This document shows, piece after piece, positions 7,362-16,145 of a stretch of DNA of 32,000 nt. This stretch comes from Edaphobacter aggregans (GTDB lineage Bacteria; Acidobacteriota; Terriglobia; Terriglobales; Acidobacteriaceae): the NCBI RefSeq assembly GCF_003945235.1, contig NZ_RSDW01000001.1, forward strand, positions 3,330,001 to 3,362,000, in the 5' to 3' direction. Position 1 is the stretch's first letter, and each line of letters begins with the position of its first letter. The position numbers were made by a program, and so were the translations under genes. Below the pieces are notes generated by a model. It searched no databases and was not told the DNA's origin. It saw only the letters and a program-made list of their open reading frames with translations.

Positions 7362-8851
7362 TCCCAATCAACTATGCGCAAATGTTGCAACTCGCTCTGC
7401 CAGAGCTCATCGTTACGGTAGCGGCGCTTATCGTGTTAGCGATCGATCTCCTCTTTCTGCGTCAATATCAGACTCGAGTCCGGTTCACCATTGCTGCCGG
7501 GCTGGCATCGATCGGTTGTGCCGCAGCAATTCTTCAGTTACTCCTGACCCCGGCGCAGGCTAACGTCCTCGATGGAATGCTCGTAGCGAATCCGCTTACG
7601 CATCTGGTCCAGATTGCACTGCTCGTGCTGACGATCTTCACTCTCTTGCTCTCTGCGGATTCGACTTTTACGGAACATGTTGGCGAGTTTGTCTTGCTCA
7701 TCCTGGCCGCAACGGTTGGCATGATGTTCCTCGTGGGATCGCAGGACATCGTGATAATTTTTATCTCCCTCGAACTGTTGAGCTTGTCGCTTTACATACT
7801 TACCGCTTTCGATAAACGCAGCGCGCGGTCCTCCGAAGCTGCCTTGAAGTATTTTCTCTTTGGTGGAATGTCGGCGGCATTCCTGCTGTTTGGATTCAGT
7901 CTGCTTTATGGCTTGTCCAACTCCACTAGCCTCACGTACATTGCCAGCGCTATCCATGGCCAATCCCTTACCCCACTTCTGGTCATCGCCATCGTGACGA
8001 CCGTGATCGGTCTAGGCTTTAAAGTCGCTGCCGCGCCATTCCATTTCTGGGCGCCGGACGTATATCAGGGCGCACCTGTGCCAAGCGCTGCTTTTATCGC
8101 GTCCGGATCCAAGGTCGCCAGCTTCTTCATCTTCTTTCAAGTGATGGTGATTGGCTTTGCAGGTGCGGAAGGCAGTGCTACGTGGCGGCACTTTACACCC
8201 GGTTGGGTCTCGGTGCTTGCCGTGGTTGCCGTGCTTTCTATGGTTTTGGGAAATCTCGTGGCAATTGTGCAGAGCCATGTGCGGCGGTTGCTCGCATACT
8301 CGGCCATTGCTCATGCGGGTTATATCCTGCTCGCATTGTTATCGCACACGCAACAGAGTCTGGGCGCCCTTATTTATTACGTGGTGACGTATGCGCTCGC
8401 AACGCTTGGTACCTTTGGCGTTATTGCAGTTGTAGAGAAACAAACTCATAGCGACCGGCTTTCTGATTTTGACGGGCTCAGCAGACGAGCGCCCGTACTC
8501 TCCTTTTGCATGTTCATCTTTCTTCTCTCTCTGGCGGGAATTCCACCACTGGCTGGATTTTTTGGGAAGTTCTACTTGTTTGTCTCCGTACTGGCTGCGC
8601 CGGGGTCTACTGGCCTGCTATGGCCAGTGGTCCTCGCCATCGCGATGAGCGCCGTGTCGCTCTACTATTACCTACAAGTGCTCAAGAGAATGTATGTTGC
8701 GAGCCCCCCTGCTGGGACAGAGAAGATGCAAGCGCCAATTCTCAGTCAGTTTGTTATAGTCCTGCTTGCTGCGGCCATTGTGTTGCTTGGTTGCACTCCG
8801 CATCTACTGTTGCGGTGGATGATGGAAGCGATTCAAGCCTCCGGCCTTTGA
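7358..8851 (+). CDS. nuoN: NADH-quinone oxidoreductase subunit N (NuoN/ND2)
   Basis: Motifs are FISLELLSLSLYILTAF, GFKVAAAPFHFWAPDVYQGAPVPSAAFIASGSKVASF and AYSAIAHAGYILLAL, with a TM12 Lys (GFFGKFYLF). The track start is TTG at 7352. ATG at 7358 overlaps the upstream TGA (ATGA) and is preferred. Confidence 0.9.
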   Translation: MIPINYAQMLQLALPELIVTVAALIVLAIDLLFLRQYQTRVRFTIAAGLASIGCAAAILQLLLTPAQANVLDGMLVANPLTHLVQIALLVLTIFTLLLSADSTFTEHVGEFVLLILAATVGMMFLVGSQDIVIIFISLELLSLSLYILTAFDKRSARSSEAALKYFLFGGMSAAFLLFGFSLLYGLSNSTSLTYIASAIHGQSLTPLLVIAIVTTVIGLGFKVAAAPFHFWAPDVYQGAPVPSAAFIASGSKVASFFIFFQVMVIGFAGAEGSATWRHFTPGWVSVLAVVAVLSMVLGNLVAIVQSHVRRLLAYSAIAHAGYILLALLSHTQQSLGALIYYVVTYALATLGTFGVIAVVEKQTHSDRLSDFDGLSRRAPVLSFCMFIFLLSLAGIPPLAGFFGKFYLFVSVLAAPGSTGLLWPVVLAIAMSAVSLYYYLQVLKRMYVASPPAGTEKMQAPILSQFVIVLLAAAIVLLGCTPHLLLRWMMEAIQASGL

Positions 8852-8877
8852 GTCTTGCAAACCGCAGTTGGTTTAGA

Positions 8878-11800
8878 TCACACCTGCAAAACATCGCCTT
8901 CCCGGGCGACCATTTCATACAGCACAGGGTTTACGAAGAAGCCAAGGAATAGTCGTGAGACCAGTCCCGCGACGATTACGATCGCAAATGGCCGTTGCGT
9001 GTCAGAACCAATGCCGGTGGAAAGCGCAGCGGGTAGAAGCCCTAGGCAAGCCACAAGGGCAGTCATCACGATAGGCCGCAACCGCAGGAGCGAAGCCTCG
9101 CGTGTTGCCGTGCGGATGTCCTTGTTTTCGAGACGCAGTTTGTTGATATAAGAGACTAGAATAACGGCTGTTTGGACCGAAACGCCCATCAGTGCAAGCA
9201 AGCCGAGCGCCGACGAGACGCTGAACGGTGTGTGGGTCATCCTAAGCGCGATCAGGGCGCCCACAGGTTCGGTCAGTATGACGCCGAGAGCTATGGTCAC
9301 CGGGAATTTGAGATTGCCATAAAGCGCAAACAGGATCATAAAAATGATGAGCAACGCGAGCGGGCCGATAAACTCCATCTGATGTTTCGCTTCTAGGAAT
9401 TCGCCATACTCGCCGCCCCAGGTGAGCCGATACCCAGCCGGCAAAGATTTTTCAATATCCCTGATAGCTCGCTGCCCATCGAGCACGGCACTCTGAAGGT
9501 CGCGTCCTTCGATGCTGTACTGCACGCCGATGTAGCGTGAGTTGTTTTCGCGATAGATGAACGAAGCGCCGCTGGCCTCGTGGATATTCGATAGTTCACT
9601 TAGCGGAATTTGCTGGCCCGTGGGGGTTCCGACGAGCAGATTGCCAATCTGTTGTGCATTTTCCCTGAATTCTGGTTTCATTCGCACAACGAGATCGAAT
9701 AATTTCTCGCCTTGAATTACTTGAGTAGCTGCCTGGCCACCGACAGCCGCTTGTACGATCGCTTCCACGTCGGCGACGTTGATTCCGTAGCGTGCAATCT
9801 TTTCGCGATCAACATCAATCAGCAGGCTCGGCTGGCCGAGTTCGCGCACGACGGTCAACTCTGTAAATCCAGGTATCTGCGATAGTCTGCGCTTGATCTC
9901 GAGTGCTTTGTTCTGAAGAACGTTCAAATCTGGACCGTAAACTTTGACGGCAAGCGCGCTCTTGAGTCCCGTCAACGCTTCGTCGACGGCGTCTTCAGCA
10001 GGCTGGGTGTAATTGAAGATAACCCCAGGAAACGCCTGGAGCTGCTTTTGTATGTCCTCAGTCAACTCGGCCTTACTGTGGATCGCCCCCGTTTTCCAGG
10101 AAGCGTCGTTGTAAGGCTTCAGGCCAACGTAGAACTCGTCATTGAAAAAACCAGTGGGATCCGTACCATCGTCCGGACGGCCAAGTTCGGAGCCGACATC
10201 GGTCACCATCGGATACTTCATCAGGATGGTGCGAACCTGAGGCGAGAACTTGCTCGCTTCCTCGAACGAAACCGTATACGGCATCGTTGCGCGCACCCAT
10301 AGCGCGCCCTCGTCGAGATGAGGCATGAACTCTCCACCGATGAAAGGAACGAGCAGAAGAGTTGCAGCAAAGATCAAGGTGGCCACGAACATCGTGATCT
10401 TCGGATGGTCGAGGCACCAGTCGAGCTCTTCCGCATATTTTTTTCGCACCCATTCAAAGGGCTTGTTCACGCGTTCACGCACGCCATTTTTGAACCAATA
10501 GGCGCACATCACAGGAACGAATGTGAGCGTTAAGATCAATGCTCCAACGAGGGCGATCCACACCGTGTCCGCCATCGGCTTGAATAGCTTTCCTGAGGGA
10601 CCGCTGAGCGCATAGATGGGTAGGTAGGCCGCAATAATGACCGCAACAGAGTAAAAGATTGGACGATCGACGTCCTTGGCCGCTGCCAATATCACCGTAT
10701 GAAGATCGTAGGTTTGGCCTTCGCGCTCGCCCAACTCGCGGAAGATGTTTTCTACCATCACCAGGGTGCCGTCGATGAGAATTCCAAAATCGATTGCACC
10801 GATCGACAACAGATTTGCAGGAACTCCACGTGCATGCAAGAAAATGAATGAGAAGAGTAAAGCCAGAGGGATGGTAAGCGCGACGATCACTGCGGCGCGA
10901 ATATTCCCCAGGAAAAACATCAGGACAATGAGGACAAGGGCCATCCCAAGCAGCATGTTGTGTTCGACAGTGTTGATAGTCAGCTGAACAAGATCGCTCC
11001 GATCGTAATAAGGACGCACTTTTACGTCGGGCGGCAGAATATGTTCGTTGAGCTGTTGGGTTTTCTCTTCGACGCCCTTTAGTACGTTCTGCGTTTGCTC
11101 GCCGCGCCGCATCATGATGACGCCCTCGACGGCATCATCTATTTTGTTAAAGCCAAATTCGCCCAGGCGGGGAGCGTTTCCGATCGTAACTTCACCTATA
11201 TCGCGAATACGCACCGGCACCCCATTTTGCGTGCCGACGATAACGTTGCCAATATCTGAGGTGTCACGGACGAGTCCGAGACCGCGAACATAATAGAACT
11301 GTCCACCCTGCGAATAGAATCCGCCACCCGCATTGGAATTGTTGACGGAGAGCTGCTGTAGTACGGTCGGTACCGTGATGTGGTAAGAGTAGATTTTTGC
11401 AGGGTCGAGAAGCACTTGATACTGCATCACCGTGCCCCCGAAGCCTGAATCATCTGCAACACCCGAAACCTGCTTGTATTCGCGCTCGATAACCCAATCT
11501 TCGTAGATCTTCAGCTCTTGCGGTGTGCGGTCCGGGCTCTCAATGACGTATCGGTAGACAAGACCAGAAGGACTCGCAAGCGGCGCGAGCGTTGGCGTTA
11601 CACTCGTCGGGTAAGTTACTTCGCTTAAGCGCTGGAAGACTACTTGTCGCGCGAAGTAGTCGTCGGTACCTTCGTCAAATGTAAGGATGACATCCGACAG
11701 TCCGTATAAAGATATCGAGCGCATCACGGACATCTTCGGCACGCCGTTCATCTCCACTTCAGTCGGGACTGTAACCAGGCGTTCGATCTCTTCGGCTGCG

Positions 11801-11967
11801 TGTCCGGGCCACTGGGTGATGATTTCGACCATCGGAGGAGAAAGATCGGGATAGGCGTCCACCGGCATGTGCTGAAACGAGATCGCTCCAGCGACGGCGA
11901 TGAACGCCACTGCGAGCAGAATCAATAACCGCTGCCGCAGTGCGAACTGGACGACGTGATGAATCAT
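8878..11967 (-). CDS. czcA: Heavy-metal efflux RND inner-membrane transporter, CzcA/CusA family (divalent-cation HME type)
   Basis: The 1029-aa protein has RND topology: 12 TM helices and two large periplasmic loops. The TM4 signature AIDFGILIDGTLVMVENIF matches the DFG-DG-VEN motif of the CzcA-type HME-RND family. It is the last gene of a C-B-A operon. Confidence 0.93.
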   Translation of the reverse strand: MIHHVVQFALRQRLLILLAVAFIAVAGAISFQHMPVDAYPDLSPPMVEIITQWPGHAAEEIERLVTVPTEVEMNGVPKMSVMRSISLYGLSDVILTFDEGTDDYFARQVVFQRLSEVTYPTSVTPTLAPLASPSGLVYRYVIESPDRTPQELKIYEDWVIEREYKQVSGVADDSGFGGTVMQYQVLLDPAKIYSYHITVPTVLQQLSVNNSNAGGGFYSQGGQFYYVRGLGLVRDTSDIGNVIVGTQNGVPVRIRDIGEVTIGNAPRLGEFGFNKIDDAVEGVIMMRRGEQTQNVLKGVEEKTQQLNEHILPPDVKVRPYYDRSDLVQLTINTVEHNMLLGMALVLIVLMFFLGNIRAAVIVALTIPLALLFSFIFLHARGVPANLLSIGAIDFGILIDGTLVMVENIFRELGEREGQTYDLHTVILAAAKDVDRPIFYSVAVIIAAYLPIYALSGPSGKLFKPMADTVWIALVGALILTLTFVPVMCAYWFKNGVRERVNKPFEWVRKKYAEELDWCLDHPKITMFVATLIFAATLLLVPFIGGEFMPHLDEGALWVRATMPYTVSFEEASKFSPQVRTILMKYPMVTDVGSELGRPDDGTDPTGFFNDEFYVGLKPYNDASWKTGAIHSKAELTEDIQKQLQAFPGVIFNYTQPAEDAVDEALTGLKSALAVKVYGPDLNVLQNKALEIKRRLSQIPGFTELTVVRELGQPSLLIDVDREKIARYGINVADVEAIVQAAVGGQAATQVIQGEKLFDLVVRMKPEFRENAQQIGNLLVGTPTGQQIPLSELSNIHEASGASFIYRENNSRYIGVQYSIEGRDLQSAVLDGQRAIRDIEKSLPAGYRLTWGGEYGEFLEAKHQMEFIGPLALLIIFMILFALYGNLKFPVTIALGVILTEPVGALIALRMTHTPFSVSSALGLLALMGVSVQTAVILVSYINKLRLENKDIRTATREASLLRLRPIVMTALVACLGLLPAALSTGIGSDTQRPFAIVIVAGLVSRLFLGFFVNPVLYEMVAREGDVLQV

Positions 11968-11981
11968 GCGAAGCCGCCTCC

Positions 11982-13166
11982 TCAGTGTTGCAGCGAATTG
12001 GCAAACTGAATAAACAAGCTGCCATCGCCCACAACCTTCTCTCCAGGGGAAATGCCCTTCAGAATCTGTGTCTGCCCGTTCTGGCTTTGGCCAATCTCCA
12101 CATCGCGCCTGCCAAACTGGTTCGCGCCGATGGCGACGTAGACGAATGGCTGATTATTGTCATCGTGAAGAACGGATGAGTCAGGCACAGCAGTGGCGTT
12201 CGGGATCGAGCCTGCCGTCACGGTGACAGTGCAATACATGTCCCTTTTTAATTTTTCGCCGGGGTTGTCAACAACGATGCGAGCCTGCAGCGTTCTCGTA
12301 TTCGGATCGAGCGCAGGCGAGACATACGAAATCCTTCCGTGGAAGCTGTCAGGATATGCATCCGTTTGCACGATGACATCATCTCCACTGCGGACGGAGG
12401 CGAGACTTGCCTGGTACACGTTCGCAAGAACCCATACCGTGCTCAGATCTGAAATCGTAAAGGCCTGCGTCTGGCCTGCTTGTACGACCTGACCAGGCGA
12501 GACAAGGCGCTCGACAACTTCACCGTCGATAGGAGCAAGTACCGGAATTTGTGCCGAAGAAGGGGCCTTCGCCAGATCGGCAGGGTTCTTGATCCCGAGG
12601 ATCTTCATCCCCTGATCTGCAGCGTTCAGGTCTGCCTGGGCTTGGTTGCGGTCCGACTCGGCCTGCTCAAGATCACGCTCGGCGATCGCCTGATGTTGAT
12701 ATAAGTCCTGTGCGCGCGCGTAATTTTTGTTCGCGAGACGGTAGGAGTCCGCGGCCTTTAAATAGGAATCCAGCAACTGCGAATAATCGGGGCTGCTCAC
12801 GTCGAGCATCGGCTGGCCTGCTTTGACATGCTGGCCCGGCACAACCAGAATTCGACTTACAGGGCCGCCGACCTGAGTGATGACCGGCGTGGTTTTGAAG
12901 GCATTGTAGGCCACTGCGCCTGTGAGCCGCAGTGTGCGCGTTAACTCGGTGGGACGAACAGTGACCACTCTCACATGCGACATCTGGTCCTGCGGTACGG
13001 TGAAGAGGTGGGCTGTCGCAGAGGGCGACGCATCCGTGGAAAAGGAAGTCATCTTACTCGCTCGGTCGCGATCATTCGAGTGACAACCCGAGAACGTCAA
13101 TGCAAAAGCTAACGCCATCGCACTTCGAAATCTGTAGTGGCGGCAGGTGAGAGATGCAGTCGTCAT
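11982..13166 (-). CDS. czcB: Efflux RND periplasmic adaptor (membrane fusion protein, CzcB-like), probable lipoprotein
   Basis: The 394-aa protein has an N-terminal lipobox-like LTFSGC. It has lipoyl-like hairpin halves (GGPVSRILVVPGQHVKAGQPMLDV and APIDGEVVERLVSPGQVV) flanking a coiled coil (AERDLEQAESDRNQAQADLNAA). The start overlaps the czcC stop by 4 bp. Confidence 0.87.
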   Translation of the reverse strand: MTTASLTCRHYRFRSAMALAFALTFSGCHSNDRDRASKMTSFSTDASPSATAHLFTVPQDQMSHVRVVTVRPTELTRTLRLTGAVAYNAFKTTPVITQVGGPVSRILVVPGQHVKAGQPMLDVSSPDYSQLLDSYLKAADSYRLANKNYARAQDLYQHQAIAERDLEQAESDRNQAQADLNAADQGMKILGIKNPADLAKAPSSAQIPVLAPIDGEVVERLVSPGQVVQAGQTQAFTISDLSTVWVLANVYQASLASVRSGDDVIVQTDAYPDSFHGRISYVSPALDPNTRTLQARIVVDNPGEKLKRDMYCTVTVTAGSIPNATAVPDSSVLHDDNNQPFVYVAIGANQFGRRDVEIGQSQNGQTQILKGISPGEKVVGDGSLFIQFANSLQH

Positions 13167-14491
13167 GGCAAGCTCCTTGTTCCTACAGCTTGACGAAGCT
13201 GTTCGATAGTGAGCAGATACGAAGCGAGTGCCTGGCGATAGCCGAGCTGTGTCGCTCGATAGCTGCGCTCCGCGTCGAGAAAATCCAGCAAACTGGCTGC
13301 GCCATGCCTGTAGGCGTACTCGCTGATGTCACGGGACTGTTTCGCTTGGTCGAGATAACCCGAACGATAGAGTCCGACAACTTTGTCGTTGGTGCGCAAA
13401 TTTTCAAAGGCATCCCTCACATCCGTCAGTACTTGTCCCGTCGTGAACTTTGCCTGCTCCTGGGCCTGAGTGATCGCGAAGCCCGCGCGTGCAATCTCCC
13501 CCTGATTGCGATCGAAGATCGGCATCTGGATCTGTCCGAATAGGGAAACGGTATTGAGGGAGCTGATGTGCGTGTAGTTCACTTGGCCTGTGACGTCTCT
13601 TTTGCCAATCGCCTTTTGCAGTTCGTGCTGACTGTTCGCAGCGGTCACCCCTTGTTGTGCCGCCTGCAGATCAGGCCTGCTCACCAGAGCCTTTGCTTGA
13701 AAGTCTTCGAGATTGCCTTTGACAGGCTGATAATCAAACGCTCCAGCTACGTCGTAGTCCGGGGCTATCGATTCATATCCGAGCAGCTGCCTTAAGTCCG
13801 AAAGTCCTTGAACCTTGGCGAGCTGCGCTGCGGATACATCCGTCTGGAACTGAAGCATCTGAAGCTTGATCTTCAGCAGATCGCCCTCGCCGATGTCCCC
13901 TGCTTTATAGCGCGCTTCGCCGATATCCACTGTGTTTTGGAAACTCTTGAGGTCTTGCATGGCCAACTCAAGCGTCGATTCGGCTAGTTCAACGTTGATG
14001 AACTGCGAGGCAACACTGAAACCAAGGCTGCGCTCGTTGTCGGCTACTTGCGATCGTGTCACTGTGGTTAGATCTTTGGCAGCTTGCAGGCGGTGTTGTC
14101 GCTTCTTGCCTCGTTCAAATAGATAGCCGACACCCAGATCGAACTGCGCCGTGTTGTCGAGGTAATCCGAGCTGAATTGGCTCGGCTGGAAGACTGGCAA
14201 AAACTGAGCGTCGCCTATAAGCACTGGATTCGGTCGAAGATTCGCCGTAATCTCTTCAGCCTCGTTCTGCTGGATCGTAGTTCGAGCGGCCAGCAGATTG
14301 TGGTTGTGCTGGAGTGCCATCTGGATAGCGTCGTCCAGCGAAATCGTTACCGATCCCTGGTTCTGGGCAAGTGCCTGCGCGGGTGGGGGCGACGGCGTCT
14401 GGTTTGGCGCAGGTGGGGATTGCGCACCTGCAACTCCGAAGAACGACACCGTAACTAACAAAATTGGAAGACGCAAACGTGGTAAGCACAT
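13163..14491 (-). CDS. czcC: TolC-family outer membrane efflux protein (CzcC-like)
   Basis: The 442-aa protein has a signal peptide (LLVTVSFFGVAGAQS) and the typical OEP N-terminal box LSLDDAIQMALQHNHNLLAARTTIQQNEAE. It has a two-repeat helical architecture and sits upstream of the MFP and RND genes. Confidence 0.87.
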   Translation of the reverse strand: MCLPRLRLPILLVTVSFFGVAGAQSPPAPNQTPSPPPAQALAQNQGSVTISLDDAIQMALQHNHNLLAARTTIQQNEAEEITANLRPNPVLIGDAQFLPVFQPSQFSSDYLDNTAQFDLGVGYLFERGKKRQHRLQAAKDLTTVTRSQVADNERSLGFSVASQFINVELAESTLELAMQDLKSFQNTVDIGEARYKAGDIGEGDLLKIKLQMLQFQTDVSAAQLAKVQGLSDLRQLLGYESIAPDYDVAGAFDYQPVKGNLEDFQAKALVSRPDLQAAQQGVTAANSQHELQKAIGKRDVTGQVNYTHISSLNTVSLFGQIQMPIFDRNQGEIARAGFAITQAQEQAKFTTGQVLTDVRDAFENLRTNDKVVGLYRSGYLDQAKQSRDISEYAYRHGAASLLDFLDAERSYRATQLGYRQALASYLLTIEQLRQAVGTRSLP

Positions 14492-14569
14492 GGGCGTTCA
14501 GCCTTCTTGTAGAGGGCGGTACAGAGATTGGCGTGCCGCGAGTGGCACGTAACCGATCCAACGAGGCTG

Positions 14570-14866
14570 TTACGCGGGAGGGCCGCGCACGGGAATGTGC
14601 TGTGCGGCGGGACTTGGAGTGAAGTCGTAGTTTTGTGGTTCTGGCCCGGGCCCAGTGGGAATCAGAATGTAGGCACGGGCTCCCGCCAGTGGCGGTTCGA
14701 TGGCTTGATGGCTCATCTGGCATATCGGGCAGGTGTCGGGGAGAGAATTGGCATGATGATGCCAGACCTCTCCCAGCGTTGTCCCCAGCACCAGCGCGAG
14801 GAGCGCTATAGGGAACACCATGCGCCAAATTGGCTTTAGATCAGCCACTTTTGAGGGGCATTTCAA
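14570..14866 (-). CDS. Small hypothetical membrane-anchored His/Cys-rich protein at the head of the czc operon (possible metal-binding or sensing accessory)
   Basis: The 98-aa ORF has a TTG start preceded by GGAGG 4 nt upstream; ATG at 14821 is an alternative start. It has one hydrophobic helix (MVFPIALLALVLGTTLG), then WHHHANSLPDTCPICQMSH and a Pro-rich tail. It is co-oriented with czcC and ends 78 bp upstream of it. I recognise no family for it. Confidence 0.5.
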   Translation of the reverse strand: MKCPSKVADLKPIWRMVFPIALLALVLGTTLGEVWHHHANSLPDTCPICQMSHQAIEPPLAGARAYILIPTGPGPEPQNYDFTPSPAAQHIPVRGPPA

Positions 14867-14888
14867 GGGCCCTCCGTACAGTCCGGTA

Positions 14889-14916
14889 AGTTTAGCGCAG
14901 AAATTTCATTTTTGAA
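14889..14916 (-). promoter_or_regulatory. Candidate sigma70-type promoter for the small ORF-czcCBA operon
   Basis: On the minus strand the sequence reads TTCAAA, 16 nt, TAAACT, within an AT-rich patch of the divergent intergenic region. It lies about 20 nt upstream of the small ORF start. This is a by-eye match only. Confidence 0.25.
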
Positions 14917-15013
14917 CATAACTTTGGACGCTACACTCCCGGTTCGTAAGTGTCTGGTTCTTTCCGCTCCAGGACCCTCCCTGAAGAGACTCAATACCGG
15001 AGTCGTAATGCTT

Positions 15014-15043
15014 TGTACAAGATGGCCTGTCACAGGTCATAAT
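15014..15043 (+). promoter_or_regulatory. Candidate promoter (TGTACA, 18 nt, CATAAT) with an embedded 19-bp inverted repeat upstream of the sugar permease
   Basis: A -10-like CATAAT lies at 15038-15043 and a -35-like TGTACA at 15014-15019. The spacer contains the imperfect palindrome ATGGCCTGTCACAGGTCAT (15022-15040). This is a by-eye match only. Confidence 0.25.
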
Positions 15044-15098
15044 GGCTCCCTCGCAAGATACTTCACGTCGATTAGCGCGAGCCGGAGTCGCCGTATCC

Positions 15099-16079
15099 AT
15101 GTTCGTTCCCACCACGTTCCACGCCGCTCTCCTGATGACCATCCTGAGCACCTTATGCTGGGGCTCCTTCGCCAACACCTTCAAAGGCACAAAGAATTAC
15201 CGCTTCGAGCTCTACTACTGGGACTACGGGCTTGGTATCTTTCTTATCTCGCTGGCGCTGGCCTTTACGATGGGCAGTTACGCCGGCGGCCCCGACGCAT
15301 TTCTCGCGAATCTGCATGCCGCCGACAATATCAATCTCTTCTACGCAGCCCTCGGTGGCTTCATCTTCAATATCGCAAATGTGTTGTTGATCGCCGGTAT
15401 TGAGATCGTCGGTCTCGCGATCGCATTTCCCATTGCGATTGGTATCGCTCTGGTCCAAGGCGTAGTGCTCAGCTACGCCTTGCAGCCGCGCGGCAATCCT
15501 GTCTTGCTGACAGCCGGCGTCTCCATGGCGGTTGTTGCCGTGATTCTTGTCGGCAAAGCATACGGAGCGTTGCGTACGGCAGGCAATGTCATTTCGCGGC
15601 GAGGCGTCGTGGTCTGCGTTATCTCCGGCCTGCTGATGGGCATCTTCGCTCCATTTATTACTCGCGCCATGACGCACGGCGCAACTTTAACGCCATATAC
15701 GGCGGCAGTCTTTCTCACTCTGGGCGCCTTCCTATGCTGTTTCGTCTTCAACCCCATCCTCATGCGCAAGCCAATTGTGGGGACGCCAGTCGAAGCTGGA
15801 GACTACTTTCGCGCCTCGGCCTCGTACCACGCGCTCGGTCTGCTCGGTGGAGCGATCTGGGGCATTGGTACGGTCTTTAACTTCGTAGCTGCCTCACTGG
15901 TCGGTGTGGCTATCTCCTACGCTATCGGGCAAGCCTCTCCTATGGTCGCCTGCTTATGGGGCGTCTTCGTGTGGAAGGAGTTTAAGGGGGCAAATGCACG
16001 CGCCAAGGGATATCTCGCTGCGATGTTCTTTGCGTATGTTCTCGCGCTAGTGCTCATCGCTCGCGCCTACGCTTCGTAG
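15099..16079 (+). CDS. DMT-superfamily sugar permease (GRP/RbsU-GlcU-like), probable ribose or deoxyribose uptake
   Basis: The protein has about 10 TM helices in two similar halves and the N-terminal segment MFVPTTFHAALLMTILSTLCWGSFANTFKG. It sits immediately upstream of a ribokinase-family gene. The track ORF starts at 15042. ATG 15099 is preferred because the 19 preceding residues are non-hydrophobic and 15042 overlaps the putative -10 element. Confidence 0.75.
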   Translation: MFVPTTFHAALLMTILSTLCWGSFANTFKGTKNYRFELYYWDYGLGIFLISLALAFTMGSYAGGPDAFLANLHAADNINLFYAALGGFIFNIANVLLIAGIEIVGLAIAFPIAIGIALVQGVVLSYALQPRGNPVLLTAGVSMAVVAVILVGKAYGALRTAGNVISRRGVVVCVISGLLMGIFAPFITRAMTHGATLTPYTAAVFLTLGAFLCCFVFNPILMRKPIVGTPVEAGDYFRASASYHALGLLGGAIWGIGTVFNFVAASLVGVAISYAIGQASPMVACLWGVFVWKEFKGANARAKGYLAAMFFAYVLALVLIARAYAS

Positions 16080-16145
16080 ATTTTGCTCGCGGAGTTAAGC
16101 CGAAGCGACTTCATTCATATTAGAAATAGGGAAAGAGGGAAGGGC

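Noticed and set aside
8859-8874. Possible bidirectional terminator between the convergent nuoN and czcA genes (AAACC-GCAGTT-GGTTT)
   Set aside because: It has only a 5-bp AT-rich stem in a 26-bp gap and no U-tract on either strand, which is too weak to call. The 12-bp gap between the ALDH and LacI stops (20668-20679) likewise has no credible terminator.
14256-14828. 190-aa minus-strand ORF spanning the czcC start and the small His/Cys ORF
   Set aside because: It overlaps two better-supported genes out of frame. It is Arg/Pro/Ser-rich with no domain-like features, which is typical of a GC-rich spurious frame.
14908-14921. TTATGTTCAAAAAT on the minus strand, resembling the XerD arm (TTATGTTAAAT) of a dif site
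   Set aside because: The 17 nt where the central region and XerC arm should be (GAGTGTAGCGT CCAAAG) show no ...CATAA dyad partner. This is just an AT-rich promoter-like patch.
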